From Eubacteriales bacterium (GTDB lineage: Bacteria > Bacillota > Clostridia > Oscillospirales > CAG-272), in the NCBI GenBank assembly GCA_045657165.1, contig JAZOSP010000035.1:1-53633 (forward strand): a DNA stretch of 53,633 nt, read 5' to 3'. Below are positions 28,697 to 38,500 of this stretch, piece by piece. Each line of letters starts with the position of its first letter. Position 1 is the stretch's first letter. Below the pieces are notes generated by a model. That model saw only the letters and a program-made list of their open reading frames with translations. It did not search any database and was not told the DNA's origin. The position numbers and the translations under genes are program-made.

Positions 28697-29368
28697 ATGG
28701 AAAATCTTGATTTGTTCATTCCAAGACTTTTTCTCTTTTCTGGGATTGAGAAAACGACAGTTTTGGAGCTTATTAAAGAAACCGCGTATGAGGTAAAAAA
28801 GTATCAGCGAACCAAAAAGATTTATACCCCCACCGATTTCGAGAGCAAGGTTGGCTTCGTAATTTCGGGAAAATGCGAGGTCAGACGCCCGGATTCCCCC
28901 GGACCACACGTGGTTATTAACACACTGACCGAGGGCGATGCGTTCGGTATTCTTGCAATTTTCGGTGACAGAGAGCGTTTCCCTACGGAAATATACGCAA
29001 CCAAGAACTCAACCGTTCTGTTTATCAAGAAAGAGGAGATAATTCGTCTGATTCGCCAAAGCCCCGATATCGCTATGAACGTGATAAGCTTTATGTCAAG
29101 CAGGATAAGCTTTCTTAACGAACGCATAGCCACCTTCTCGGGCTCTACCGTTGAGACAAAGCTTGCGCGTCACATCCTATCCCGGTATCAAAAGGAAGGT
29201 AAAGCAGAAATAATTTTTAACTGCAAGCACTGCTCTGAGGCTATAAGCGCAGGGCGCGCTTCGGTTTACCGCTCGCTTCTCATGCTTGAAAACGAGGGAC
29301 TGATTAAATACGGAAACAAAAAAATTACTATAATTGACCCACACGGTCTTGAAAGGATTTCAAAATGA
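28697..29368 (+). CDS. Crp/Fnr-family transcriptional regulator
   Basis: cNMP-type barrel (GFVISGKCEV, EGDAFG) and C-terminal HTH (GRASVYRSLLMLENEGLI). Confidence 0.9.
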   Translation: MENLDLFIPRLFLFSGIEKTTVLELIKETAYEVKKYQRTKKIYTPTDFESKVGFVISGKCEVRRPDSPGPHVVINTLTEGDAFGILAIFGDRERFPTEIYATKNSTVLFIKKEEIIRLIRQSPDIAMNVISFMSSRISFLNERIATFSGSTVETKLARHILSRYQKEGKAEIIFNCKHCSEAISAGRASVYRSLLMLENEGLIKYGNKKITIIDPHGLERISK

Positions 29369-30375
29369 AAAAAATTGTCTCACTTATCTTAGCTCTCGCG
29401 CTACTCGCAACATCGCTTGCTGCGCTCGCTGCCTGCAATCCCGCAGACAGTTATCAACTCAAAATCGGCTATCTTAACGGACCGACGGGTATGGGAATGG
29501 CAAAGCTCATAAGCGACAACGGCGGCACGGACGGTAACGACAAATACTCCTTCACTCCCTCAACGGCTGAGCTTGTTGGACCTGCCGTTGTAAGTGGCAC
29601 GTTTGATATTGCCTGCATGCCCACCAACACTGCAGCTATGCTCTATAATCAGAATCAAGCCATTGAAATTCTTGCAATTAACTGCCTCAACTCGATCTAC
29701 GTTATAACCGATAAGAACACCACAGTTGATAGCTTTGAGGATTTAGAGGGCAAAACAATTTACACCTGCAAGGGTGGAACACCTGCGCCAATACTTAACG
29801 CTCTCCTTGACGCATACGGCATTAATGCAATCGTAACCAACGAGTTTAACGGCGAGATTATCGCAAAGCCCGAAAACCTCACACCCGTTCTTACGGCAAA
29901 GAACGGTGCTCCCGCTATCGTAGTTGCACCCGAGCCTATAATCACCTCAGCAAATCTCGCATTGAAGAAAGACGCCTCAAACGACAACGAATATTCGGTT
30001 GATATTGACCTCGGTGCAGTTTGGAAGGACAAGTTCGACACCGATATCACTATGGGCTGTATCGTTGCAAACAAGAGTACGCTTGAAAATCACAAGGGCG
30101 CCGTCGACGCTTTTCTTGCTGAGTACAAGGCTTCTATTGAATATATCGGAGACGGCGAGAACCTTGAAACCTCTGCCCAGTACATTGTGGACGCAGGCAT
30201 AATGGGAGCCGTACCCGCCGCAAAGACAGCACTTACGAATTTGAACCGCGGCGGATACATCTCATACCTTGACGGTGACGATATGAAAACCTCGCTTGTA
30301 AAGGTATATCAGGCTTTCGGTATGGCGCTTATCGGCGGCAGGCTTCCCGACGATGGCTTCTACTATGAAAAGTAA
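29365..30375 (+). CDS. ABC transporter substrate-binding lipoprotein (NitT/TauT/SsuA type)
   Basis: Lipobox LAAC; LNGPTGMGM, PTNTAAMLYN, PEP, LPDDGFYY. Confidence 0.85.
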   Translation: MKKIVSLILALALLATSLAALAACNPADSYQLKIGYLNGPTGMGMAKLISDNGGTDGNDKYSFTPSTAELVGPAVVSGTFDIACMPTNTAAMLYNQNQAIEILAINCLNSIYVITDKNTTVDSFEDLEGKTIYTCKGGTPAPILNALLDAYGINAIVTNEFNGEIIAKPENLTPVLTAKNGAPAIVVAPEPIITSANLALKKDASNDNEYSVDIDLGAVWKDKFDTDITMGCIVANKSTLENHKGAVDAFLAEYKASIEYIGDGENLETSAQYIVDAGIMGAVPAAKTALTNLNRGGYISYLDGDDMKTSLVKVYQAFGMALIGGRLPDDGFYYEK

Positions 30376-31123
30376 TTTTGTGAAAAAAAGCGCGATAACC
30401 CTTCTTATTGCGCTTTTTTGGATAGGCGCTTGGTATATTGCAGCGCTTTTGGTCGATAGCGTGCTTCTTCTCCCCACACCGCACGAAACGCTGCTTGCGC
30501 TCGTAGAGCTTCTCGGAAAACCCGAGTTTTACAAAGCAGTGCTATTCACCTTCGTTAGAGTCGCTATCGGTCTTTTGCTTGGAATATCTGCGGGCATTAT
30601 TTTAGCCGTTTTGAGTCACAAGTTTGAGCTCTTGAGGCGGATATTAAGTCCTGCAATTTCCATAATCAGAGCTACCCCCGTTGCTTCCTTTATTGTTCTT
30701 CTCTGGGTTTTGGTAAGAGGAAACATCCTTACCGTGCTCGTCGCATTCCTTATGGTAATGCCCATCGTGTGGCAAAACACACTTGACGGCTTCTCATCAA
30801 TACCTAAGGAACTCATCGAGGTCGCAGAGCTATACGAGCTGTCCTTCAAGCGGAAATTTAATATTCTTATACTTCCCGTACTGTCAAGCTACATTTTCCC
30901 GGCTGTTATTACCTCTGTCGGTCTTGCTTGGAAGTCGGAAATTGCTGCTGAAATCATCGCATATACCAAAAACTCGATCGGTATGTATATCAACGATGCA
31001 AAGACCTTTATGCTGACTCCTGCCGTATTCGCCTGGACCGCAGTGATTGTGCTTATGAGCATAGCGCTGGAGCTTCTTACACGACGGCTTTTAAGGAGGT
31101 TCAAAAATGAGCCTAAACATTAA
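30365..31123 (+). CDS. ABC transporter permease (TauC/SsuC type)
   Basis: LLPTPHET, RATPVASFI, EAA-like loop, GLAWKSEIAAE. Confidence 0.88.
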   Translation: MKSNFVKKSAITLLIALFWIGAWYIAALLVDSVLLLPTPHETLLALVELLGKPEFYKAVLFTFVRVAIGLLLGISAGIILAVLSHKFELLRRILSPAISIIRATPVASFIVLLWVLVRGNILTVLVAFLMVMPIVWQNTLDGFSSIPKELIEVAELYELSFKRKFNILILPVLSSYIFPAVITSVGLAWKSEIAAEIIAYTKNSIGMYINDAKTFMLTPAVFAWTAVIVLMSIALELLTRRLLRRFKNEPKH

Positions 31124-31688
31124 AAATCTCAACAAAAGTTATGGCAGAAAAGCAATTTTTTCGAACTATTCCTACGAATTCAAGGAGACGGGAATATATC
31201 TTTTGAAGGGGGATAGCGGCAGAGGCAAAACTACACTTTTGCGAATGATTGCAGGGCTTGATAAGAACTTTTCGGGCGTTATCACAGGCGGTGGTATCCC
31301 GAACGTTTCCTTTGCCTTTCAGGAATATCGACTGTTTCCCAACCTTACCGCAGTCGAGAACGTAATGACCGCTTCAAAAGGCGAAAGCGATGAGGACATA
31401 GCCAAGGCGCGTGAGCTTCTTAAAAGGCTTGGATTTACCGAGGACGATATGCACCTTTATCCGTCCGAGCTGTCGGGCGGCATGAGACAGCGCACCTCGC
31501 TCGCCCGCGCATTCTTGAAGAAATCACCGATTCTATTACTCGACGAGCCGACGAAGGAGCTCGACCCCGTCCTTTGCGACGTTGTCGCCGATATGATACT
31601 TGAGGCAGCAAAATCGCAGCTTGTAATCGTCGTATCTCACACCGAGACAGACCTAGTGCGCCTCGGAGCTACCCCAATATTACTTTAA
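31107..31688 (+). CDS. ABC transporter ATP-binding protein
   Basis: GDSGRGKTT, LSGGMRQR, LLLDEP. Confidence 0.92.
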   Translation: MSLNIKNLNKSYGRKAIFSNYSYEFKETGIYLLKGDSGRGKTTLLRMIAGLDKNFSGVITGGGIPNVSFAFQEYRLFPNLTAVENVMTASKGESDEDIAKARELLKRLGFTEDDMHLYPSELSGGMRQRTSLARAFLKKSPILLLDEPTKELDPVLCDVVADMILEAAKSQLVIVVSHTETDLVRLGATPILL

Positions 31689-31694
31689 CCCTAC

Positions 31695-31728
31695 GGCTGT
31701 CAGTTTTCAAATTGGCAGCCTTTTCTTT
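31695..31728 (+). terminator. Intrinsic terminator
   Basis: GGCTGTCA...TGGCAGCC followed by TTTTCTTT. Confidence 0.7.
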
Positions 31729-31797
31729 CATTATGTCAAAAACTTGAAAAAACAGGCTTAAAATGAAGGAAATCCTGCATTTTCTTTTTCAAATCAC

Positions 31798-31826
31798 TTG
31801 CAAATAGCGCATAAATATGATAAAAT
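31798..31826 (+). promoter_or_regulatory. Sigma-A promoter of the rpiR-cmk-ispH operon
   Basis: TTGCAA-N17-TAAAAT with extended TG. Confidence 0.65.
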
Positions 31827-31865
31827 ATATGTAATTGATCAGAACAAAAAACTTCGAGGTGAATT

Positions 31866-32723
31866 ATGGCAACGGACATTTCCGAGAGAATAAAGCACAT
31901 ATTCCCGACCCTTTCTAAGGGGCAGAAAAAAATAGCGAACGCGGTACTTCACGACTACGATAAAGCGGCTTATCTCACCGCTGCGAAGCTCGGTCAGCTC
32001 GTCGGAGTTTCGGAATCCACCGTTGTACGCTTTGCGAACGAGCTTGGCTTTGAGGGCTATTCCGAATTTCAGAGGGCTATTCAAGAGCTCGTAAGAATAA
32101 GACTTACCCCCAATCAGAGAATTGAAATGACAAAGCAGCGAATCGGTCGCAGTGATATTCTTGAGAGCGTCATGGAATCGGATATCAGTAAAATCAGATA
32201 CACGCTTGACAGGCTCGACCGCTCGGTATTCACAAGCTCGGTTGACGCTATTCTCGGAGCAAAGACCGTTTACGTGACGGGAGCAAGAAGCACCGAGCCT
32301 ATCGCACGGCTTCTCTATCACAATCTTTCCCTTATATTCGACAACATCAAATTTGTTCAGCCGACCTCCTCGGCAGAGGTTTTTGAGCAAATGCTATTGG
32401 TAGGCGAGGAGGACGTGGTTATTGCATTTTCGTTCCCTCGATATTCCTCAAAAATCGTAAACGCAGTCAAATACGCAAAGCAGAACGGTGCAAAGGTCGT
32501 AGTCTTCACCGACTCGGATATTTCCCCGCTTGCGGAATATGCAACCTACTTGATAACCGCTCAATCTGATATGGCTTCATTTATGGACTCGCTCGTTGCA
32601 CCGCTCAGCATTGTGAACGCCATAGTAGTTGAGATAACCCGCCGCCGCGAGCGCGAAATAACGACGCGCTTTGACCGGCTTGAAAAAATTTGGGACGAAT
32701 ACGACGTATATGCAAAACGATAA
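31866..32723 (+). CDS. MurR/RpiR-family transcriptional regulator
   Basis: LSKGQKKIA, GVSESTVVRFA HTH, SIS domain (SFPRYS, TDSDISPLA). Confidence 0.93.
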   Translation: MATDISERIKHIFPTLSKGQKKIANAVLHDYDKAAYLTAAKLGQLVGVSESTVVRFANELGFEGYSEFQRAIQELVRIRLTPNQRIEMTKQRIGRSDILESVMESDISKIRYTLDRLDRSVFTSSVDAILGAKTVYVTGARSTEPIARLLYHNLSLIFDNIKFVQPTSSAEVFEQMLLVGEEDVVIAFSFPRYSSKIVNAVKYAKQNGAKVVVFTDSDISPLAEYATYLITAQSDMASFMDSLVAPLSIVNAIVVEITRRREREITTRFDRLEKIWDEYDVYAKR

Positions 32724-33942
32724 TATAAACGTAGCCGTAATTGGCGGGGGAGCTGCCGGAATGATGGCTGCGGGAACTGCTTCCCGACATGGGGCTGACG
32801 TCACAATTTTCGAGTCGACCGACCGTCTTGGCAAAAAGCTCGCAATTACGGGCAAGGGCAGATGTAACGTAACTAACGACTCGTCTCTTGAAGAATTTCT
32901 CGAAAACGTGACGAAAAATCCGCGATTTCTCTACACTGCCCTGAGCACATTCTCGCAGAGAGACACCATGGAGCTTTTTGAAGAGCTCGGAGTACCTCTA
33001 AAGGTGGAGCGAGGGAAACGCGTTTATCCCGTCTCCGACCGAGCCGCTGACATCGTGAGGGCTCTTAGAAGATATTCTGAGGACACCAAGGTAATTTACG
33101 AAAAGGTAAAAGCCCTCAAGTATACGGATAACGGCTTTACCGTTGCTACAGCAAACGGTGAATACTCGTTTGACAGAGTTATTCTTGCAACGGGCGGAAA
33201 ATCCTATCCACTTACAGGTTCAGACGGCTCGGGCTATCGCATAGCTATGAGGCTCGGACATAAGGTTACCGAGCTTATTCCGTCGCTGATACCCATTGAA
33301 AGCGACTCGCCGCTCTGCAAGGAAATGCAGGGGCTATCACTAAAAAACGTAGCAATCAGAATTAGTGATAAAAATTCCAAGGTGCTCTATACGAATTTCG
33401 GAGAAATGCTCTTTACACATTTCGGTGTATCGGGTCCCATGATTTTATCGGCTTCGGCTCACCTGAGAGGCGTAGACATCTCAGCGCTTTCGCTGAGTAT
33501 CGACCTAAAGCCCGCGCTTGATGAAAAAACGCTTGACGCAAGGCTTCTCTCCGACTTCAAGGCAAAAGCAAACAAAGACCTTGTTAACGCTATTGGCGAC
33601 TTACTTCCATCAAAGATGATAGAACCGTTCATAACCCTCGCAGGTCTTGATGGGCGCAAAAAGGTAAACTCTATCACAAGAGAGGAACGCGGAAGAATTC
33701 TTTATACACTCAAGAATTTCAAGATTCCGCTCTCAAAAATCCGACCTATCGAGGAAGCAATTATAACCTCAGGCGGAATAGAAGCAAAGGAAATATCGCC
33801 GAAAACCATGGAATCAAAAATTCTCCCCGGTCTCTACTTTGCCGGAGAAATAATAGACGTTGACGCTTACACGGGTGGATTTAATCTGCAAATCGCCTAT
33901 TCGACAGGCTATTTGGCAGGAAAATCCGCGGCAGAATATTAA
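32710..33942 (+). CDS. HI0933/BaiN-family flavoprotein
   Basis: IGGGAAGMMAA, KLAITGKGRCNVTN, TGSDGSG, TGGFNLQIA. Confidence 0.92.
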   Translation: MQNDNINVAVIGGGAAGMMAAGTASRHGADVTIFESTDRLGKKLAITGKGRCNVTNDSSLEEFLENVTKNPRFLYTALSTFSQRDTMELFEELGVPLKVERGKRVYPVSDRAADIVRALRRYSEDTKVIYEKVKALKYTDNGFTVATANGEYSFDRVILATGGKSYPLTGSDGSGYRIAMRLGHKVTELIPSLIPIESDSPLCKEMQGLSLKNVAIRISDKNSKVLYTNFGEMLFTHFGVSGPMILSASAHLRGVDISALSLSIDLKPALDEKTLDARLLSDFKAKANKDLVNAIGDLLPSKMIEPFITLAGLDGRKKVNSITREERGRILYTLKNFKIPLSKIRPIEEAIITSGGIEAKEISPKTMESKILPGLYFAGEIIDVDAYTGGFNLQIAYSTGYLAGKSAAEY

Positions 33943-33958
33943 AAATGGAGAAAGTTAT

Positions 33959-35296
33959 ATGATTAGAATTGCAATCGACGGCCCCGGTGGTGCTGGTAAA
34001 TCAAGCGTTGCAAAGGCTGTAGCACGTGAGCTTGGAATTATTTACGTTGACACCGGCGCTCTTTACAGAAGCATAGGACTTCATATGCTTAAATCGGGCA
34101 TTGACCCCAAGGATAGCGAGGCGGTCATCGCGGCACTTCCGCGCTTCACTCTTGAATTAAAATTTACTGACGGAAAGCAGGTTATTCTCCTTAACGGAGA
34201 GGACGTCGGAGATACAATAAGAACTCCCGAGGTGTCAATGGCAGCCTCGAACGTCAGTGCGATACCCGAGGTGCGCGAGTATCTGCTTAATATGCAACGC
34301 GATACCGCAAGAAAGAACAGCGTAATAATGGACGGGCGCGATATCGGGACCGTGATTTTACCGGACGCTGAGGTTAAAATCTTCCTCACTGCTTCTCCCG
34401 AGGCGCGCGCAAAGCGTCGCTACGACGAGCTTATCGCGCGCGGCACTGACGTCACCTACGAGTCGGTCTATAACGAGATGGTTGAAAGGGATAAAAACGA
34501 CTCGACGAGAGCCGTAGCGCCATGTGTTCCCGCAGAGGACGCAGTAATTCTTGATAATTCGAAGCTTACCGCAGACGAAACCAAAGACAAAATCATAAAA
34601 GTTGTAAGAAAGAAGCAAAAAAAGCAGCGCTGGAATTTTTATGCCAGAGCAAAGGTCATCGTTGCGCCTCTTTACAGATTCTTTATGCGCGTCAAGGCTA
34701 TCGGCACGGAAAATGTTCCGCTTGACGGAGGACTCGTTCTCTGCTCTAACCATATAGGCGCTGTTGACGTTATCTCTATCGGGGCGGTGTGCCCGCGCCA
34801 GCTCACCTTCGTCGCCAAAAAGGAGCTGTTTGAAATTCCAATCCTTGGCAGGATTGTCAAAGCGCTGGGAGCAATAAGGGTAGACAGAGGCAGTGCTGAT
34901 ATTTCCGCTATACGCTCGTCGGTTGAGGCGGCAGAGGAAGGCAAGGTGCTATCAATATTCCCGCAGGGACATAGATACCCGGGCGTTGACCCCGCGACTA
35001 CGAAGCTGCACAGCGGTGCTGCTCTTATTGCCTACCATTCAAAATGCGACGTCGTACCCGTTTGTATCAACGTCAAGGGCGCACGCTACGGATTTTTGCG
35101 CCGTGTCGAGGTCATTTTCGGCAAGCCTATAAAATATTCCGAGCTTGGCTTCACCGATGGCGGCAGAGAGGAATATACGGCTGCAACCGAGAAGATATTC
35201 GCAGAGGTCATTAAGCTTGGCAGCTTCAATGCTCTTCCTGCATATGACCCAGAAAAGGACAAGATAACTAAGAAAAGAAAGAAAAAGAAAAAATAA
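33959..35296 (+). CDS. cmk: Cytidylate kinase fused to 1-acyl-sn-glycerol-3-phosphate acyltransferase
   Basis: IAIDGPGGAGKS, MDGRDIGT; then SNHIGAVD (HX4D) and IFPQGHR in one uninterrupted frame. Confidence 0.92.
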   Translation: MIRIAIDGPGGAGKSSVAKAVARELGIIYVDTGALYRSIGLHMLKSGIDPKDSEAVIAALPRFTLELKFTDGKQVILLNGEDVGDTIRTPEVSMAASNVSAIPEVREYLLNMQRDTARKNSVIMDGRDIGTVILPDAEVKIFLTASPEARAKRRYDELIARGTDVTYESVYNEMVERDKNDSTRAVAPCVPAEDAVILDNSKLTADETKDKIIKVVRKKQKKQRWNFYARAKVIVAPLYRFFMRVKAIGTENVPLDGGLVLCSNHIGAVDVISIGAVCPRQLTFVAKKELFEIPILGRIVKALGAIRVDRGSADISAIRSSVEAAEEGKVLSIFPQGHRYPGVDPATTKLHSGAALIAYHSKCDVVPVCINVKGARYGFLRRVEVIFGKPIKYSELGFTDGGREEYTAATEKIFAEVIKLGSFNALPAYDPEKDKITKKRKKKKK

Positions 35297-35306
35297 GGAG
35301 CGAATT

Positions 35307-37358
35307 TTGAAAATAACGCTATCCGAAAACGCGGGATTTTGCCCCGGTGTCAGACGTGCCGACGAGGCAGTTAAGCAACTGATTCGCAAGCGTGGCGATG
35401 GGGATTTGATTGTCACGCTCGGTAATCTTATTCACAATCGCATTTACATCGAGGAGTTAAGGCAAAGCGGCGTTTTAACCGTCGAATTTTCTGAGGTTGA
35501 AAATTTAATTAAAGAAAACAGAGACAAAAAAATCACGCTCGTCATAAGAACCCACGGAATTCAAAAAAACGTGTTGGAGGCTCTTGCGGAATACGAGTGC
35601 CGCTACGATCGCTTTTCCGTGGTGGATATGACCTGTCCGTACGTGAAAAAAATACACAAAATTGCGGCTGACAACACAGGGGATGATACCTTTTTCATTC
35701 TCTTTGGCTCGAAGTCTCACCCCGAATCCCAAGGCATAATCAGTCACGCACGCGGCGATAAGATGATTATTTCATCCCCCGACGAGCTTCTCGATGTGGA
35801 TTTTAATGGCAAAATACCCATTTTATGCTCTCAAACAACGCAAAATTTGTTACAATTTCAAAAAATTAAAAAAAATTTAGAAAAACTATATACAAACGCC
35901 ATTTTTTTTGATACAATATGTAATGTCACTGAAAATCGTCAAAACGAAGCAATTAAGCTCGCAAGAGAATCCGAAGCGATGATAGTCATTGGCGGACGGG
36001 AAAGCTCGAACACGCATAAGCTCTACGAGTTATGTAAAAGCGAGTGCCCCCGAACCCTTTGGATAGAGTCGGCAGACGAATTAGTAGCTGATTTTCCTGA
36101 CAGCGCAAAAAGCGCAGGAATAACCGCCGGTGCTTCCACCCCGGACGGTATAATTTTGGAGGTTGTTAAAGCAATGGAAAACTTTAGTCAAATGCTGGAA
36201 GGCTCACTCAAAACTTTACATACAGGAGAAACAGTTACCGGTACCGTGTTCACAATCGGCGAGAACGAGATAAAGCTCGACCTCGGTGCAAAGTTCACCG
36301 GCGTGCTCACCAAAGAGCAGATTACCGACGACCCTACCGCAAAGCTCTCCGAGATGTTCAAGGTAGGAGATGAGGTTGAGGTCTTCGTCATCAGAGTCGA
36401 GGACGGCAAGGGTCTTGCTACCGTGTCCAAAAAGAGAGTTGACGCAGATAACAGCTGGGTAATTCTCAAGGACGCCTTTGATAACGGCACAGTTCTTACG
36501 GGCAAGGTTGTTACAGTCGTAAAGGGCGGAGTTCTTCTCTCCACCGAGGGCAACACTGTATTCATTCCCTCATCGCAGACCGGTGTGGCAAGAGGCGGTG
36601 ACCTTTCCGCACTCGTCGGCACCGAGCAGCGTGTTAAGCTCCTTGAGTTCGACACGGCAAAGAAGAGAGCACTCGGCTCTATCAAGGCAATTCTTGATGC
36701 AGAAAGACGTGCCAAGGAGGATGCTGTTTGGTCTACGCTTGAGGTTGGTCAGCACTTTAACGGCACTGTTAAGAATCTCACAAGCTACGGCGCATTCGTA
36801 GACATCGGCGGTGTTGACGGTATGGTTCACAACACCGAGCTCTCCTGGAAGAGAATCAAACACCCCTCGCAGGTTGTTTCCGTAGGTCAGGAGATCGAGG
36901 TATTCGTCAAGGAGCTTGATACCGAAAAGAGAAGAATTTCTCTTGGTTACAAGACTCAGGATATGGACTCTTGGTACAAGTTTACCCAGGAATACAAGGA
37001 GGGTGACATTGTATCCGCGAAGATAGTTTCTCTTATGCCCTTCGGTGCTTTCGCCGAGGTTTACGAGGACGTTGACGGTCTTATCCACATTTCAAGAATT
37101 TCTACCCAGAGAATCAACTCCCCCGCTGACGTACTCAAGGTTGGTGACGTTGTTGACGTTATGATAACCGAAATTGATAACGAGAACAGGAAGCTCGCGC
37201 TTTCTATCCGCGCTATCACTGAGGCTGCTGAAAAAGCTGCTGCCGCTGAAGCTCGCGCTGCGGAGAAGGCTGCAAGAGAGGCTGAAGAAGCCGCTGAAGC
37301 CGAAAGAGTGGCTCAGGAGAGAGCTGATATGGCTCCCTACATCGTAGGCTCTATCTGA
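35307..37358 (+). CDS. ispH: Fused IspH / 30S ribosomal protein S1
   Basis: AGFCPGV, TCPYV, SQTT, DTIC, SSNT, TAGASTPD, followed by four S1 repeats (YGAFVDIGGVDG, FGAFAEV). Confidence 0.95.
   Translation: MKITLSENAGFCPGVRRADEAVKQLIRKRGDGDLIVTLGNLIHNRIYIEELRQSGVLTVEFSEVENLIKENRDKKITLVIRTHGIQKNVLEALAEYECRYDRFSVVDMTCPYVKKIHKIAADNTGDDTFFILFGSKSHPESQGIISHARGDKMIISSPDELLDVDFNGKIPILCSQTTQNLLQFQKIKKNLEKLYTNAIFFDTICNVTENRQNEAIKLARESEAMIVIGGRESSNTHKLYELCKSECPRTLWIESADELVADFPDSAKSAGITAGASTPDGIILEVVKAMENFSQMLEGSLKTLHTGETVTGTVFTIGENEIKLDLGAKFTGVLTKEQITDDPTAKLSEMFKVGDEVEVFVIRVEDGKGLATVSKKRVDADNSWVILKDAFDNGTVLTGKVVTVVKGGVLLSTEGNTVFIPSSQTGVARGGDLSALVGTEQRVKLLEFDTAKKRALGSIKAILDAERRAKEDAVWSTLEVGQHFNGTVKNLTSYGAFVDIGGVDGMVHNTELSWKRIKHPSQVVSVGQEIEVFVKELDTEKRRISLGYKTQDMDSWYKFTQEYKEGDIVSAKIVSLMPFGAFAEVYEDVDGLIHISRISTQRINSPADVLKVGDVVDVMITEIDNENRKLALSIRAITEAAEKAAAAEARAAEKAAREAEEAAEAERVAQERADMAPYIVGSI
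35889..35917 (+). promoter_or_regulatory. Candidate internal sigma-A promoter inside ispH
   Basis: TATACA-N17-TACAAT with extended TG and an A-tract UP-like region upstream. Confidence 0.45.
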
Positions 37359-37365
37359 TAATTTT

Positions 37366-37401
37366 TTATGGCATACCGATGGTAACGTTGGTGTGCCATA
37401 G
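37366..37401 (+). terminator. Stem-loop after rpsA
   Basis: TATGGCATACCGA...TTGGTGTGCCATA imperfect stem; weak T-tract. Confidence 0.5.
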
Positions 37402-37435
37402 ACTTTCCCCCCATACATAAAAAGGAAGTTTACAT

Positions 37436-38464
37436 ATGCTTGAAACCTTTTTGGCGACTCTAACTCCAATGCTCACACTCTTTACGTGCATAGCGGTTGG
37501 ATTCATTTTAGGAAAAACAAAAATTTTGCCAAGCAACGCCGGCAAGGTGATGGCAAAGCTTGAAACCTATGTCTTCTGCCCTGCTCTCAGCTTTTCCACT
37601 ATGTCGCAATTCTGCACGGTAAGCAGTCTCGGTAACCACGCAACTAACATTCTTTTATCCTGCGGCGCAGTTGCGCTGGCACTTGGAATTGCAATCCCGC
37701 TATCAAGGGTATTTGTAAGAACAAAATCCCCTGAGCGCGGCGTATTCGCCTACGCGCTTGCCTTTGCCAACAGCGGATATATCGGCGACCCCGTTGTTCA
37801 GGCACTTTTTGGCGACCAAATGCTTTCATACTATAAGCTCTACTGCCTTCCTATCACAATTCTTATATACACTTGGGGTATCAGTGTTCTTGTACCCAGC
37901 GGTGAGAAACGTGATAATCCTCTAAAGAAAATTCTCAACGCTCCAACGATTGCTATGCTTCTCGGTATGGCGGTCGGACTCTCGGGTCTCGGCCATTATA
38001 TTCATGACCCTATACTTATGGATGAGTGCGGTCTTGAATTTATCAAAAAAGCTCTTGACGCCCTTAAATCCTGTATGGGTCCCGTTGCTATGCTTCTTGC
38101 GGGCTTTACTATTGCAAATTACAGCGTGAGAGGAATGCTCAAAAAGACAAAGGTTTACATTGCAACACTACTAAGGCTTATAGTGATTCCCGCTATAATC
38201 GTGGCATTTGTATTCGGTCTTAAGGAAGCGGCAAACGCACTGTTCGGACTCACAATAGGCAACACGGTTCTATTCCTTTGCTATTTCTCTGTGGGCGCGC
38301 CTCTCGGTCTTAACACAGTCGTGTTCCCCGAGGCTTACGGCGGCAATCCCGAAACCGGGGCAAGTATGACCATGATATCACATACGCTATGCGTGCTCTC
38401 AATTCCTTTGATGTACGCGCTTATGGTTACGCTTTTCGGACCGGCAGCCATTCCCACAATGTAA
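37436..38464 (+). CDS. AEC-family transporter
   Basis: VFCPALSF, FANSGYIGDP, PVAMLLAG; about 10 TM segments. Confidence 0.85.
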   Translation: MLETFLATLTPMLTLFTCIAVGFILGKTKILPSNAGKVMAKLETYVFCPALSFSTMSQFCTVSSLGNHATNILLSCGAVALALGIAIPLSRVFVRTKSPERGVFAYALAFANSGYIGDPVVQALFGDQMLSYYKLYCLPITILIYTWGISVLVPSGEKRDNPLKKILNAPTIAMLLGMAVGLSGLGHYIHDPILMDECGLEFIKKALDALKSCMGPVAMLLAGFTIANYSVRGMLKKTKVYIATLLRLIVIPAIIVAFVFGLKEAANALFGLTIGNTVLFLCYFSVGAPLGLNTVVFPEAYGGNPETGASMTMISHTLCVLSIPLMYALMVTLFGPAAIPTM

Positions 38465-38500
38465 AAAATTTCCACCGAACGTCTCGGTGGAAATTTTTTA
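38462..38500. terminator. Bidirectional intrinsic terminator
   Basis: Perfect 17-bp inverted repeat TAAAAAATTTCCACCGA/TCGGTGGAAATTTTTTA. Confidence 0.88.

Noticed and set aside
28565-28909. 114-aa minus-strand ORF across the Crp/Fnr promoter
   Set aside because: It is antisense to the regulator and its promoter/operator, with no RBS or recognisable motif.
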